A stretch of 64,000 bases of DNA, from assembly GCA_951406725.2 (NCBI GenBank), contig OX597820.1:82460001-82524000 (forward strand), read 5' to 3'. This DNA is from Octopus vulgaris (lineage: Eukaryota). The notes below the pieces were generated by a model. That model ran no database searches. It was not told the DNA's origin and was given only the letters and a program-made list of their open reading frames with translations. Made by a program: the position numbers and the translations under genes. Positions 1-13,720 of this stretch are shown in pieces (within the stretch, counting starts at the first letter, position 1; every line of letters begins with the position of its first letter).

Positions 1-112
1 AATATGAATTTTTCTGTGTTAACTACATCTCAAAGATGGAGCCTTGTATCTTTGTTGGAAACCGGCTCCTTCCTCAGTGAAAGGTTTATAATAATTAAAA
101 AATTAGAAGAGA
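1..112 (+). mobile_element. 3' UTR/end of an R4/Dong-like RLE non-LTR retrotransposon (continues off the window start)
   Basis: tacatctcaaagatggagccttgtatctttgttggaaaccggctccttcctc...aataattaaaaa aligns by eye with the 3' UTR at 53105-53190 that follows an RLE ORF; both run directly into (CATA)n. Confidence 0.6.
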
Positions 113-248
113 CATACATACATACATACATACATACATACATACATACATACATACATACATACATACATACATACATACATACATACATACATACATA
201 CATACATACACACAGACAGACAGACATACATACATGCATACATACATA
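113..248. repeat. (CATA)n microsatellite
   Basis: direct tetranucleotide tandem repeat. Confidence 0.97.
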
Positions 249-249
249 G

Positions 250-1920
250 TTATATTATGATAATATGATCAACATCAAGAAACAACTAGAACTAGTCACA
301 ACATTCTCACGAGATATAGGAATGGCGTTTGGGCAAGATAAATGCCCATGCATGATAGTCAACCGAGGAATGATTGTCGACCAGGCAGAGAATATGTACA
401 TCAACGGCTTGTCTATATTCCCTATCTCTCACGATGAAAGCTACAGCCACCTCGGAATCGGCGAGAATGTTGCATACATTAGTGTTGTGATTAAGGCCAG
501 AATAACAAAAGAGTACTTCTGCAAACTCTTGAAAATATGGAACTCAGAGCTGTCTGCATTTAACGTGCTCGTATCTCGCAATGCTTTTGCAGTTTCAGTG
601 CTAGTGCCAATATTTGGGATATTGGACTGGACACTCGATAATATACACTGCCTTAACATCACAACCAGAAAGGTGCTGATAATCACTGGTAACTTCTACA
701 TTAACTATGACACCTTTAGTATTTAAGTGAGAGACGAAGTGATGGCGCTAGAGGCATAAGGTCAGTTCAAACAGCCCTTGAATGTCGTATTGTATCACTC
801 AGACAACATCTACTGAACAATAAAGAAAGAAATGAGTATATTAAATGCATACTCAAAAGTGAGAGCCACAACATCTTCAGAGTTGGAGAATACATGCGGC
901 CCAAAGGAGGTTGCACTGATCTACTTAAGCAGAAGCTTGGAGAAGAAGCAGGCAGCATACCAACAAAAAGCAATGCATGGATACATATCACGTAAGCTAG
1001 ACAGCGACAACAGCATTGGCAGGAAGAGTAGTGTCCCCTGGACATGCGATAGGTACATTACATTGTACCTAGAAGGATATGCCTTCACAATCCAGGAATA
1101 GGAGATAGCTACTTAATACCTGATATATAGGAGGGACAAAGATACTACCAAGCTTCCACGTTGTAATAAAAAAAATGTCGGCTCTGCTATACCAGTGTGG
1201 AAGATATCATCAGCTGCCCCAAAATGTCTGCGAGATACTACTTGCTCCTGAGGCATGATATAGTTGCAAAGGCTATTTACAATGCTATTCACAGGAAGGG
1301 CAGCCTTGACGTATACATAAGAAGCAGCAGGTATGCACACCTTTAAAAACAAGGAATATTGATGGAACATGCCAATAAAAATATCAATTTGGTACAAGCA
1401 TAACAGACCTAATATTGTTGTGTGGGACTGGGGAAAAACCATGCATTGTTGTAGAGGTCAGCTGTCCAGTGGATGTGTATGTACAATCATTAGTCCAGGA
1501 AAAAGAGAACATTTATGGCGAATTAATGTAGAACTTACAGCTCTTGTGTTCTGACTATAAATTCCCATTTGTACCTATCGTTATAGGTGCATTAAGTTAT
1601 GTACTAACAAATTTGCAAAAAAACCTAGAAATACTCGGTTTCACGAAGAAAAAGCAAAAGAAACTGACGCGGATTCTCCAAATCCAATCTATTAGTGGCA
1701 CAATGAAGATTTGTAAGACATTCCAGAAATTGTCCATCTGAGATTCTTATGTGAATAGATACTCCCATTTGAGTGTATGTATCGAAACTTCAACAAACAC
1801 ACCAACTCAACCACGTATTTATATACACTGGGAACTCTCTGCACTAAAAGTCTTGTCACTTTATTAGCGACCGGCTTGAATGCTCTTACGAAATTCTTTT
1901 TTAAAAAAATGAAAGAAAAA
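250..1920 (+). mobile_element. 5'-truncated, frameshifted R4/Dong-clade non-LTR retrotransposon (RT C-terminal part, CCHC knuckle, restriction-like endonuclease)
   Basis: ORF fragments FSRDIGMAFGQDKC, YSHLGI (YKYLG-like), KIWNSELSAFN..NAFAV, KAMHGY, EGYAFTIQE, SCPKMSARYYLLLRHD, KHNRPNIVVWD (PD..D-like), FVPIVIGAL; A-rich end then (CA)n. Confidence 0.9.
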
Positions 1921-2931
1921 TCACACACACACACACACACAAACACACACCACATAATTTTACAAGACGGTAAAAATTTGAGGTCATAAAACGTCTCTGA
2001 AGCCTGTGCGGAGTCATTGATTTCCTTGTAACTACTAATTCACCCGACAAGAGCTTTAAAATCATGCATCTTTATACTCCACACTCAAACACTGAGCCGT
2101 TCTGGTTAATCTATAAGACCGAGACATGAAAACACACACAGATATGTGTACATCGATACATACATAAAAACACACATGCATGCACGCACCCACTTATATA
2201 CTTACATACACACACACATAAATATATATACACGTTCATATTCACACATACGTAGCTAACATGACAAAACCAAATTGGAACTATTTCTGTCTATAAATTA
2301 TTTACGATTATTCCACTTTAGAATTTTTGAAATCATGAATTATTTTCCATACATTACAATTCTAAAGGAAAGTGGAACTTCATTTTTATTCCCAAAAGAG
2401 AATATTTTGAGAAGCTGAAAGAAATTTAACAGAAAATAACAAGAAAAAGGCTGATAAAAACCGTTGCCTTTCAAGAAAAGGAAAGAACTTTAACATTTAA
2501 TGTACATACTAATTTATGTAGAAGTATTCTTTGATGGGCGAATACTTAGCTCTAATTATCTAGAGTCCTAAAATTTGAAAGAGGAAAAAGCCACTGAAAA
2601 CAAGGTGAACAAGCTGTGTGTATGTAAACGTATGTATATATACGTTGTTTTAAACGTATAACGAATCTGCTATTTTCAATAGTATATACGTCACTATATT
2701 TAACTCAACTGTCTCCAGTCAAAAAGTAGGTCTATTTATGGCCCATCCATTTACAAGAAATAGAAGCCAAATTTCCCTCACATTAGAACCTATATCCATA
2801 AAAAGGGATATGTCTGTTAATGTTCCTCTGAGCTTTCCAAACAAAGGAAAACAATTAGAGGGTCACGGTCAGATTGCCTTTGATGAAAGTTTGCACAGGA
2901 CTGATCTGGATCTAAACAACAACAATTGTTT

Positions 2932-3125
2932 TTAATTCAGGGCAAGGCCAGAAATTTGGAGTGGTGGGGTTAGTCGACACCATCGACCCTAGTCCTTGTA
3001 TATATATTATTATCAACCACGAAAGGAAGAAAAGCAAAGTTAACCTCAGCGAGATTTGAATTCGGAGCGAAATGAGCTGGACAAATATTGCAAGGCGTTT
3101 TCCTCGACTCTCTTTCGCCCCCTTA
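2932..3125 (-). mobile_element. tRNA-derived SINE with Nin/Deu-type central domain (family A), degraded
   Basis: reverse-complement match to the intact copy at 20089-20305 (atcgacc...gaaaggaagaaaagcaaagttaacctcagcgagatttgaa). Confidence 0.8.
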
Positions 3126-3151
3126 ACGACGACAACAACAACAACAACAAC

Positions 3152-3345
3152 AGTGGAGGCGCAATGGCCCAGTGGTTAGGGCAACGGACATGCGGTCGTA
3201 AGAATGCGGTTTCGATTCCCAGACCGGGCATTGTGAGTGTTTATTGAGCAAAAACACCTAAGCTCCACGAGTCTCCAGCGGGGGAGAGTGGTGAACCCCG
3301 CTGTAATCTTTCACCACAACTTTGTCTCACTCTTTCTTTCTACTT
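3152..3345 (+). mobile_element. tRNA-derived SINE head (family C, same family as 21620-21933), 3'-truncated
   Basis: ggcgcaatggcccagtggttagggc (A box) ... ggtttcgattccc (B box); reverse complement of 21770-21933. Confidence 0.85.
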
Positions 3346-3483
3346 CCGCCACAAAGCAGAAGAACTACGGTGTAAAACACTATGATGTGGCAAACTTTCA
3401 GACCCTTGTCTAGCTTGCGAATCCTCTGTACCCCATGATGGTTCAGCTCTCCACCCGTTAAAAGCCATTTACGGAATGAGGAT

Positions 3484-3552
3484 AACAACGTAGCTTTCGC
3501 GCCCGTGCAACCGCCAGTATATCGCGTGTGGTGGGTAGATCTTCAAGTTGCC
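3484..3552 (-). ncRNA. degenerate minimal type-I hammerhead-ribozyme-like motif in a ~290-bp non-coding element (3345-3633)
   Basis: minus strand: ggcaac-TTGAAGA-tctaccc...gggcgc-GAAA-gc-TA-c-gttgtt; stem I 6 bp with G.U pairs, palindromic stem III AGCT, core C3->U. Confidence 0.45.
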
Positions 3553-3631
3553 AGACGCATTCTTAGTAGCTTAGAGTAGGCTCGAATTAGAGATTGTTCT
3601 TTGTGGCTAATGGTGTGAGTCCTGATTGGGA

Positions 3632-3632
<1 letters not shown>

Positions 3633-3714
<82 letters not shown>
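3633..3714. repeat. (AAT)n microsatellite
   Basis: direct tandem repeat. Confidence 0.97.
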
Positions 3715-3718
<4 letters not shown>

Positions 3719-3737
3719 CAACAACAATAACGATGCT

Positions 3738-4272
3738 TTTTCTTTTATAGGCTGAAATCAGCCTTTTATAAGCCTGAAATTTTGTGGTGCGTGGATAGAT
3801 GATTACCCCGAACCCAGTGCTTAGATGGTCCTTATATTATCGATCTCGATAGAATCAAAAAGCATAGTCGACCTCAGCGACATTTGAATTCAGAACGAAA
3901 TATGCCGCTAAGTATTTTGTCAATAACTGATAACACTCATTCCGCCCCAGCGGAATTTGAACTCAGAACGTAAAAACGAAACGAAATGTGCTAAGCATCT
4001 TATCCGGCATGCTAACAGTTCTGCCAGCTGGCCGTCTTAATAATAATAACAACAATCTTTTCTATTATAGGAGCAAGGCCTGAAATTTGGGGGAGGGTAA
4101 TAGTTGATTACATAAACCCCATTGTTTCACTAGTACTTAACTTATCGATTCCGAAAGGATGAAAGGCGAAGTCGACCTCAGCGGAATTTGAACTTAGAAC
4201 ATATGGCTGGGGGAAGGGGGGGGGCTAAACATTTTATTCAGCGTGTTAACAATCCCGCCAGTTTGCGTCTTA
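3738..4272 (-). mobile_element. cluster of 2-3 tandem family-A (Nin-domain) SINE copies
   Basis: repeated gtcgacctcagcg..atttgaa.tcagaacg and ttctgccagctggccgtctt (reverse of the SINE head). Confidence 0.85.
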
Positions 4273-4917
4273 TCAACAACAACAGCAACAATAATAAAAT
4301 TGTTTCCAATTTTTTTTTGTACTATAAGAACATTAATAACTTCACAAAAGTCGTATTTTTTAGGGTCGCTAGAAATCAGTCAAACAGAACCACATAATTC
4401 ATAGGCATTTCTTTCGTGTGATTCCGTAATCATGAAATGTGATGATAATTTTGGTAGGATTGAAAAATCAAACGGTAAAGAGACATAACTAAATATCCGA
4501 AGCCTTGCTATATTCGTTCTGACTCTACCTCTCTACCATCCATCAAGGTTCTTCATTACTTCATAGAGTTATTAATACTGATGGTATAATAACGAATATT
4601 AAAATCAAATTACAAAAATGTTGAAAGATACAGATATGCTTTTATTTAATTAAGGTTTTTATATCTCAGTCAAATATTTGTTAATATTTGCCTTAAACTC
4701 CTATTAGCTGCTGCTAATGGTCATCAGTGATGGCTTATCACAATTCAAATCAACACCTGGTGAAATGAATCGCAATAAACAAAACCAACGCACATTAAAG
4801 GAAGTCATATATTTTGCCCAATGTTAAAGTAGAATGTGTACTTTTAATCTGCAATAATTGGTATATGAAAAGTACATAAAATAGGGCAAAAATTTTCGAA
4901 TAATCAGGAACAATTTA

Positions 4918-6154
4918 TTGGGTTGGCAACTAAGTTACCGCCGTTTTTTAAAGAATTAAATTTTTTGAAAGGCTTAATAAAAAATAGCAACTAATTAATC
5001 AATAATGTATTCACCCTTGTTATTTACTACTTCTTCCCAACGTTCAATAAGATTTTCAATACCCCGTTGGTAGAAATCACCCGATTTCGACTCGAAAAGT
5101 TGATCCAACCAAGCTCTCAATTCTGCATCAGTATTGGACGAAACCCCGCACATAGCATTTGAAAGAGATCGAAAGAAGTGGAAATCCGTTGGTGCCAAAT
5201 CAGAAGAGTACGGCAGGTGTGGCAGCACTTCCCAGCCATGCGTTTGAATGGCTTCTTTGGTCATATTGGCGATATGAAGGCGGGCGTTGTCGTGCAGCAG
5301 AACTCCATGCTGACGATTAGGTCTTTTCTCTTGAATAGCTGTGTTGAGTCTTTTTATCTGTTGAACATAGAATTCCGCGTTGACCGTTTGGTTCCGTTCA
5401 AGCAATTCGTAGTGGATAATTCCTTTCCAGTTCCACCGTACGCACATCATCGTTTTACGCGGATAAAGATCTTGTTTCACGCGCGGTGTCGCTTATTTAC
5501 CGGGGCTAAGCCATTCTTTACGCTGCTTCATATTGATGCACAGGCACCATTTTTCGTCGCCAGTAACGATTCGGTAAAGAAATCTTTGCATGTTTCCATG
5601 AGTTGAGCGGTGACGAGCAAGCAAACCAGCAGAGATTGTGGCTCATTGATTTTTGTTGTTCTCATTTAAAGCATACTTCATACTTCTGAACCTTTCCCAT
5701 CGAGTGAAGATGCTTCTCTATAGCAATGTGGGAGCATTCCATTTTCTCTGCCAATTCCCTTGTCGTTTGACGAGAATTTTCGTGCAAAAGTTGGTTTAAT
5801 CGCTCTTCATCGAACTCAACTTGGCATACCAATCACGACCGGTTTTTTCAGCTATGGCACTCTCTCCATACACAGCACAAATATCACGAGCAGCCTTTGC
5901 AGCCTTGGAACCTTCATTAAAAGCAAAAAGAAGGTGTCGAAAAAGCTTATATTTCTTAATTTGACATTCCATTTTAATGATCTGAAATTAGCAAAAGTTA
6001 ACTAAAATTAACTAGAAAAAACCGCAAAACCAAATAAATCCAAAATGATTCAAAAATAGAATTCTCGAAAAAAAATAGATTCCTAAATTTAAAAGCGCAA
6101 AAAATTGCAAAAAAAAAAAAAAAAAAAACGGCTGGAACTCAGTTGCCAACCAAA
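4918..6154 (-). mobile_element. mariner (DD34D) DNA transposon, near full length, defective
   Basis: TIRs ttgggttggcaactaagttaccgccgtttttt and aaaaaacggctggaactcagttgccaaccaaa; TA on both flanks (4916-17, 6155-56); transposase inside. Confidence 0.95.
4995..5972 (-). pseudogene. mariner transposase pseudogene (frameshifts and internal deletions)
   Basis: MECQ..FRHLLFAFNEGSKAAKAARDICAVYG; IVTGDEKWC; LLHDNARLH; HLPYSSDLAPTDFHFFRSL; FYQRGIENLIERWEEVVNNKGEYIID. Confidence 0.93.
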
Positions 6155-7871
6155 TAGAATACTTAATAAAATATGAAAAACGTGCAAAAAAAATATAACA
6201 TTGCACATGACCAAAATGAAACAAAATAAAGTAGTAAAGCTATAAAAATTGAGAAAATAAATCACTGACTCAAGCAAAATAGGCAACTGAAATCCAAGCA
6301 CGCCTACATAATATCTATTAAGAAAGTGAAAAACTATACAAATAAGCTCTAGAAATAGAGATTAACGGTATGTAGGATGAAAACGGAAACAATTCCTTTA
6401 ATCATAGGGAATAATTAAAAAGATGTGAATATATAAATAAAATGTAAAAAATTACTGATATACACAGCAATCAGAAAATAGCGCCACTAACCACTGCACA
6501 CATTAATTAGTCATTTAATATAAGTATACAAAATCTTGACACTGCACGCTTCCAAGTCGAACGGAGCTGCGTTCGGTTAACATTAAAAGCACTATATAAA
6601 AGACTACTTGAATAAGCATAACATTATTGATCATGCATATTTTATAACTGACATACTTTTTCAGTATGTGAGTTATGAACTTTAAGTTGTTAAATGTTGT
6701 TTGTCTACGATTCTCTCTATTACTTCCGTTTGTTAGAATTTCAAATTTCTTAGAAATTCAAATTGTTATTACACTCACCCTTTGTTTTAGATTGTTTATG
6801 ATATTAATGAGTTCCTCCCTTGAATATAATCAGTCAATAATTCATCTTGTTCCCTCCGATTATAAGTTTGTATAAAATTAGAGACAGCTTATTATCAATG
6901 CATGCTCTACGCTCTTCTATATTTCATTTTAGCAGGTTTATATGGTGTTCTTTGATTGTGTATTGCCGTTATACTACACTTAAATGATAATATTCTGCGA
7001 TCCAAAGGCCCTTTTATATTTATTATTATATTTTTTATAGGAATTTGTGAACAGTTTCTAGGTGGCTACATGTTTCCAACCTTATCACTTAATATATGAT
7101 AATGAGAGTAACGATGGAGTGTCACAATTTGTTGTTGTTTCTCGCTAATGTTTATATCCATAATCAATAAACACAGGCGAAACATGTGGATACATACAAA
7201 CACAAATACATATATACGCACACGTGTGTGTATGAGCGCACGTGTATATGTAGGTGAACAGTTGTTGACTTAAACATCCATTATTCAGAGTTTGATAGGA
7301 ATGAAAACGCGCGTGCCAAGTTTAAACATCAATAACAACTCCGATAATTTGTAGCATTTTCCCAGGCCACTTGTTTAAAAGCAACCCAGTAGAAACGATT
7401 GATTATGACGGAATTGGACGCCCCAGATTTTTCCATTGAGGAGTAGGGAGCTTTGTTTCAGGATATGCAGATTATTACACAAACAAGCTTTCAATCACGT
7501 TATCTGTTAGAGTATGAGGAGGCTCAGTGGTCAAAATTTCAAGTTATTGTTGAGCAACCATGTCCTTAATCTCTTGGTTTTTCAAATGAACCACGACAAA
7601 CAAGTGGAGCATCCTATCTCTGGAGCTGTCTATTCTAATCGTTAGCGGCAAGCATCCCTTTGGATATATTCCAGTGGAATGAGAACATTTCTATATACCA
7701 CGGCTTTGGAAAAACAGAAAACAGAGTAAGGGAATGAGAAGTTAGTCTTTATTATTGTGGTGTGCTGTCGTGGAAGCGAATACTGTCTAGGTAGGAATAG
7801 CTAACTTTAACACTATGTGCATTGAAGTGTCTAAGAACATGGGCAACATTTGTAGAGTCGTCTAAATAACA

Positions 7872-7939
<68 letters not shown>

Positions 7940-8342
7940 TATATTATTGACGTCGCAATCTTTCGGCCTTTTGTATCCACAAGAGGAGTGGGAGGAAGAC
8001 GAATAGAAGAAGGCAAAAGAGAAGAATCGATCAGAAGTAGTAGTAGTAGTAGTAGTAGAAGAAGGAGAAGTAGAAGAAGAAAAGAAGAAGAAGAAAAAGA
8101 AGAGGAAAAGGGGAGAGGGAGAAGTAAATGTAGTGGGCAGTGCTGCGGTTTATCCAGTCGTATTCTGGCAGTGTGCTAGTCCGTACAGGCAGAGCCATTG
8201 TTACCAAAATTCGGCCGATGGAAGACGATGTATTTAACCACACAGCGTCATTAGTCTACGACAACTTAAAGTGAAAATATCTATTAAATAGACAACTAAA
8301 CAATTGTTCGGAGTTAAAGGATGAGGATGTTAATGATGTATG

Positions 8343-8401
<59 letters not shown>

Positions 8402-8819
8402 ACTTAATTTATGACCTTAGTGTGTTTCGGCACTAAGAGAGAGAGAGAGAGATACAAGTAGGAATAATACAAGACGAACATAGATACAGAAATGTACACA
8501 AGATACACACATACGTATATATACTCATGGGGACGCAGATACATATACACACACTCACACACAGATACTACCCACCCACACAGAGACCCACGCAACATGT
8601 ATATATTTATATATATATGCATTTATACATGCATAGACACACACACACACAAACACTCATATATGTATATATATAAATCCATACACACATAGTCACCCAC
8701 ACGATCGTATAGGTATATCAGTACATCTATACAGACACGTGCATACGTACGTACATATATACATACACTCATAGATATATACATACATACATACATACAT
8801 ACATACATACATACATACA

Positions 8820-8853
<34 letters not shown>

Positions 8854-8988
8854 CATACATACACACATATATACATACATAAATACATACACCGATACAT
8901 ATATGCATACAAATGTACATGCACACTCATATATATATACATATTTATCTATACATACATGTATATAGACACATGTATACACACACAC

Positions 8989-9037
<49 letters not shown>

Positions 9038-9464
9038 CATATATACGCACACATATATATATACTCTCATATATACCGGGATATATATTTGCACACACAT
9101 TAGTGGTAATTTAATTAGAGAATAGCCAGAGTAATTCCGAACTAAATAAAATTATACAAGTAAGGTTAAATTAAATGAAAAAAGAAAAAAAACGAAAGTA
9201 CGGCGACACACAGATATCTCTATCCATACACACCTATACCTACGCACACATATATCCAAGCGCATTCACGTATACAAATACGCACACACACACACACACA
9301 CATATATATATACACACACATAATTCACCAATAGGTATACATATACAAATTCGCAGGTCCATATACAAACGTATAGGTGTATACAAACACAGAGAGAACT
9401 ACCTATGCGTACATCTCCACATAAATATGCACGTACACACATACATACGAAGAAATATACATAT

Positions 9465-9522
9465 ATATCCTAATGAGGATTAAGATGGTTCACTTCGAAA
9501 TCCGAAATCGTGATCCGGCTAT
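9465..9522 (+). ncRNA. degenerate minimal type-I hammerhead motif at the head of a ~230-bp pLTR-like remnant (9465-9700) embedded in (TA)n
   Basis: CTAATGA (G5->A) 9470-76; stem II ggatt/aatcc; GAAA 9504-07; near-palindromic stem III aTCGTGAt; TC; stem I weak. Confidence 0.6.
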
Positions 9523-9802
9523 GCACGCTGGTGACTTATCTCCCTTTGCCAGTCACAGATGACAGTGCGTTTGTGGTTTTGAGCTAATTTAACTCTTATC
9601 ATTAGCAAAAGCGGTGCTAGTCAGTACCCCCTGTCACTTTTGTGACCTCTATTAATTTTGCCTTTAGGTTCTAATTACTAATAAGTCACCCTTATTAATT
9701 TGTTATATATATATATATATATATATATATACGCATACACCCACACCATACATACATGCACACCCACACATACATATATATATATATGTATGTATATTAG
9801 TA

Positions 9803-9886
9803 TGTCCCATATAGGTCAGCCACATTTAGGTGGCAAATATACCTCACGATGTGCTGCTACTGTTTACATCTCGCTCAGAGATTTAT
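9803..9886 (-). mobile_element. fragment of the same repeat family as the tandem unit at 43073-43588
   Basis: reverse complement aaatctctgagcgagatgtaaacagtagcagcac..atcgtgaggtatatttgccacctaaatgtggc matches 43080-43150 and 43434-43505. Confidence 0.85.
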
Positions 9887-9918
9887 TATTATCTGTGTAT
9901 ATATGTATATATATATAT

Positions 9919-10028
<110 letters not shown>

Positions 10029-10264
10029 ACATACATACATACACGCACACACGCATACATATATATATACATATATATATATTTATATATATATATATAG
10101 AAGCGATGGGCTTCCTTGTAGTTTCCGCTTACCGAATTATACTCCCCAAACAAGACTCTTGCCAACCTCTTTCTTTAATAGAAGATAATTACCTAATGAA
10201 AAGCTCAGTCGATCAAACCCGACACTATATTGTTGCAGCGCAAATCTCTTAGCCATGCAACTAT

Positions 10265-10365
<101 letters not shown>

Positions 10366-10554
10366 TGGTGAAAGAGATCATTTATGTGGGGTATTCAAAT
10401 TGATTTTACTTTAAAGTTAGAAATAATTTAATTCTGTCATGCCTCCGTTATACATTAAAACGATACACAAGATTAAGTTCAGAATTTATTTTCTGATAAT
10501 CTCTGCTGAACAGTTACTTCTGTATCTCGTGCAAAATCCTATTCTTTTGTTATT

Positions 10555-11045
<491 letters not shown>

Positions 11046-11677
11046 GTCTGTAGACACTCTTTGTAAAGGCATAATATTTGTAGGTCGGTTGGGAAGTGTA
11101 AGAGCTGAAGTGCTTATTGTAGACTTAATGAAGACGGAATATGAATTAAATATGCTTACGAACGGTTTTTATATGGTACTTAATCTTTCATAGACATTCT
11201 GGATACAATCCAGTTTTATTTGCTTTAATTTATCTTTCTGTTAGAATAGGTTTTCAATTATCTATTTTGAAAATTCATAATCAATCAATGATCTTTTTAC
11301 GCTGTGAAATGAGGGTGAAAATGAAAAACAACGGCGAACTGTAACCCTGAGGGAGAGGAAAAAACAACAACAAAAAGCTGCCTTCACATAACGCTGGGAG
11401 GTTTAAAGGGAAGAGACTTGAAGGGACTGCAATAAACACCACCAACTCCATTCCACTTCACTACTACCCACACAACTAACACTGCCACCACAGCCACCAT
11501 CAACAGTGAAAACATCACAACAAATATAAACACAAACCAGTCTACATCCAGTCAACAATTGAACAACTGCCTCAAAGATCAAAAATTAACGAACCATTAT
11601 ACATCAATACAAAACTGCGCACAATGAATACATACAACACACATAATAATAACAACGACAACAATAATCATGATAAT

Positions 11678-11882
11678 GATTTCAAATTTTAGCGCAAGGC
11701 CAGCAATTTCGGGGAGAGGATAAAGCGATTAGATCGACTCCCGTACTCAAGTGGTACTTATTTTATCGAACCCGAAAGAATGAAATGTAAAGTCTACCTC
11801 GGCGGAATTTGAACTCAGAATGTAAAGACGGACGAAATGCTGCTAAGCATTTGTTCAGCGTGCTAATGATTGTGCCAGTGTC
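11678..11882 (-). mobile_element. family-A (Nin-domain) SINE
   Basis: ggtacttattttatcgaacccgaaagaatgaaatgtaaagtctacctcggcggaatttgaactcagaa. Confidence 0.88.
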
Positions 11883-12928
11883 AACAATAATAATAATGAT
11901 AATAATTCGGTTTCAAAGAAATAAATTAGCAGTTGTGAACTAGGATCGATTTCATTAACTAGATTCCCCCTCCTCCTAAATTTCTGTCGTTGTGCCAATG
12001 TCAGACAAATATTGTCACACTATTATTATTGTTGATGTTGTTATTAAAACCATCACCAAAATTTGGTTAAACAGTATTGCTCCTGTGATATTTCTTAAAC
12101 TAACGTGTACGAAATTCATTTGTGATATTTCCTGTAACTGAAGTTTAGGTCATGTATGTTACCAACAGAATGTTTTTTTTCTTTTGACTGCCGGAATATA
12201 TCAAAGTGACTGCGAGAGAAGTGTGGAGTAGTTCATTCAAAAAATGTGTTAAGTATATTGTAATTAAATTTGAATAAAACATTCATATGCAAATGCATCA
12301 TCGAGTGCTTATCTAAATTCTTAAGTTGTGGAGATTCTCAATGGCGGTTTTCACTTTTGTTATTCAAAATAGATTTCATTCTTACACAAAGTGATCGTTT
12401 GTGGAAGAATTATAAAATCTAAAAAAAAACAAAAACAAAAACAAAAAAAAACAACGAAATAAAATGCAATAAAAGAAAAACCAAAAAATAATAGCTCACC
12501 AACTGTTATGACATCGTTCTAATAGCAACCTCGAAGGTAAAAATCTCCAAAACATTATAAAAATAAAAATAAAATGAAACTAAAGCTACGCTTAAAATGG
12601 AGAAGCAAGTTATTATATTAAGCAAACATACAAGTGTGTAAGTGATTAACCTAAACTAACGTTTATTCGCATCACGAAATCCTGAGAAATTCAAAACTTT
12701 TAATGTCTGTCGCCAAGAATTTTGGTTAACAAAATAAAGTACTAAAGAAAAAATATATATTTTGTATAGTAGAATAAAGCTGAATAAATTGAAATGAAAA
12801 GAATTAAAATATACAATAAGACTTAGTGTACAACCTGCAGGTGGTTGTAAAGTCAGTTATAATATCGTCAACAATAACAACAATAACTTCTTAATAATAG
12901 CAACGTCATAAAAAGTTGCGGTACTTGT

Positions 12929-12941
12929 AATAATAATAATA

Positions 12942-13029
<88 letters not shown>

Positions 13030-13215
13030 TAATAATAATAATAAAGATAATGATAATGATGATGATAATGGCGGTGACGATGATGATGATGCTGATGATG
13101 CTGATGATGATGATGGTGATGGTGATGGTGATGATTATGATGATGATGATAATAATGATGGTGATGATAATGATGTTGAAAATGATGGTGATAATGATAA
13201 AGATGATGATGATGA
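12929..13215. repeat. (AAT)n grading into (ATG)n compound microsatellite
   Basis: direct inspection. Confidence 0.95.
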
Positions 13216-13499
13216 TATTTTCTCTATCAACTTGAGAAATACAAAAATAAAAAAATAAAAACTTTTACTAAGAGTTAGACACAATGAAAAGATAACGTTT
13301 GTAAATTACGAAGGGAAGGGGTGAAATACATTATACAATATATGGTAAAACGTATTAACAGTTTTAAAGGTGCAGAATACACATATATCCACACATGTAC
13401 GCATATGCACACATATGTGCATACATATACACATATGTATGTACACACACACATTTGTACGGAAATAAACGAAACCTACAGTAAAACAAAGTAACTAAA

Positions 13500-13720
13500 G
13501 CAAAATATGTCTCTATAGAAATAAGACAAGAAATATTTTCTGGCAAAGTTGAAGTACTCCATGATCCCATTCACTTAACCGTTTCACAAGCTGTGCTTGA
13601 GTGCAACCGAATGCACTAGTGAGTATGTTAGGAGGCATTTGGTGCGAAAAAATATAGTGATATTGGGTATTCTTTCTCTGGTAGTAATCTGTCATTTGAA
13701 TATTGTTTAGAATCTGACCC
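13500..13720 (-). pseudogene. possible highly decayed GIY-YIG (Penelope-like) remnant
   Basis: NTQYHYIF...AFGCTQAQLVKRLSE loosely resembles IY..C..YIG.T...L..RL.EH. Confidence 0.3.

Noticed and set aside
3152-3230. tRNA-like sequences here and at 20089, 21860-21933, 22110-22188 and 27756
   Set aside because: They continue into SINE bodies and lack a complete cloverleaf; these are SINE heads, not tRNA genes.
7155-7192. atcc...GAAA-catg-T-ggat motif
   Set aside because: The core does not resemble CUGANGA and there is no valid cleavage nucleotide.
8166-8204. tggcagtgtgctagtcc... has a miR-34-like seed and can fold with agccattgtta
   Set aside because: The hairpin is only ~40 nt, too short for a pre-miRNA, and the sequence departs from miR-34 after the first 10 nt.
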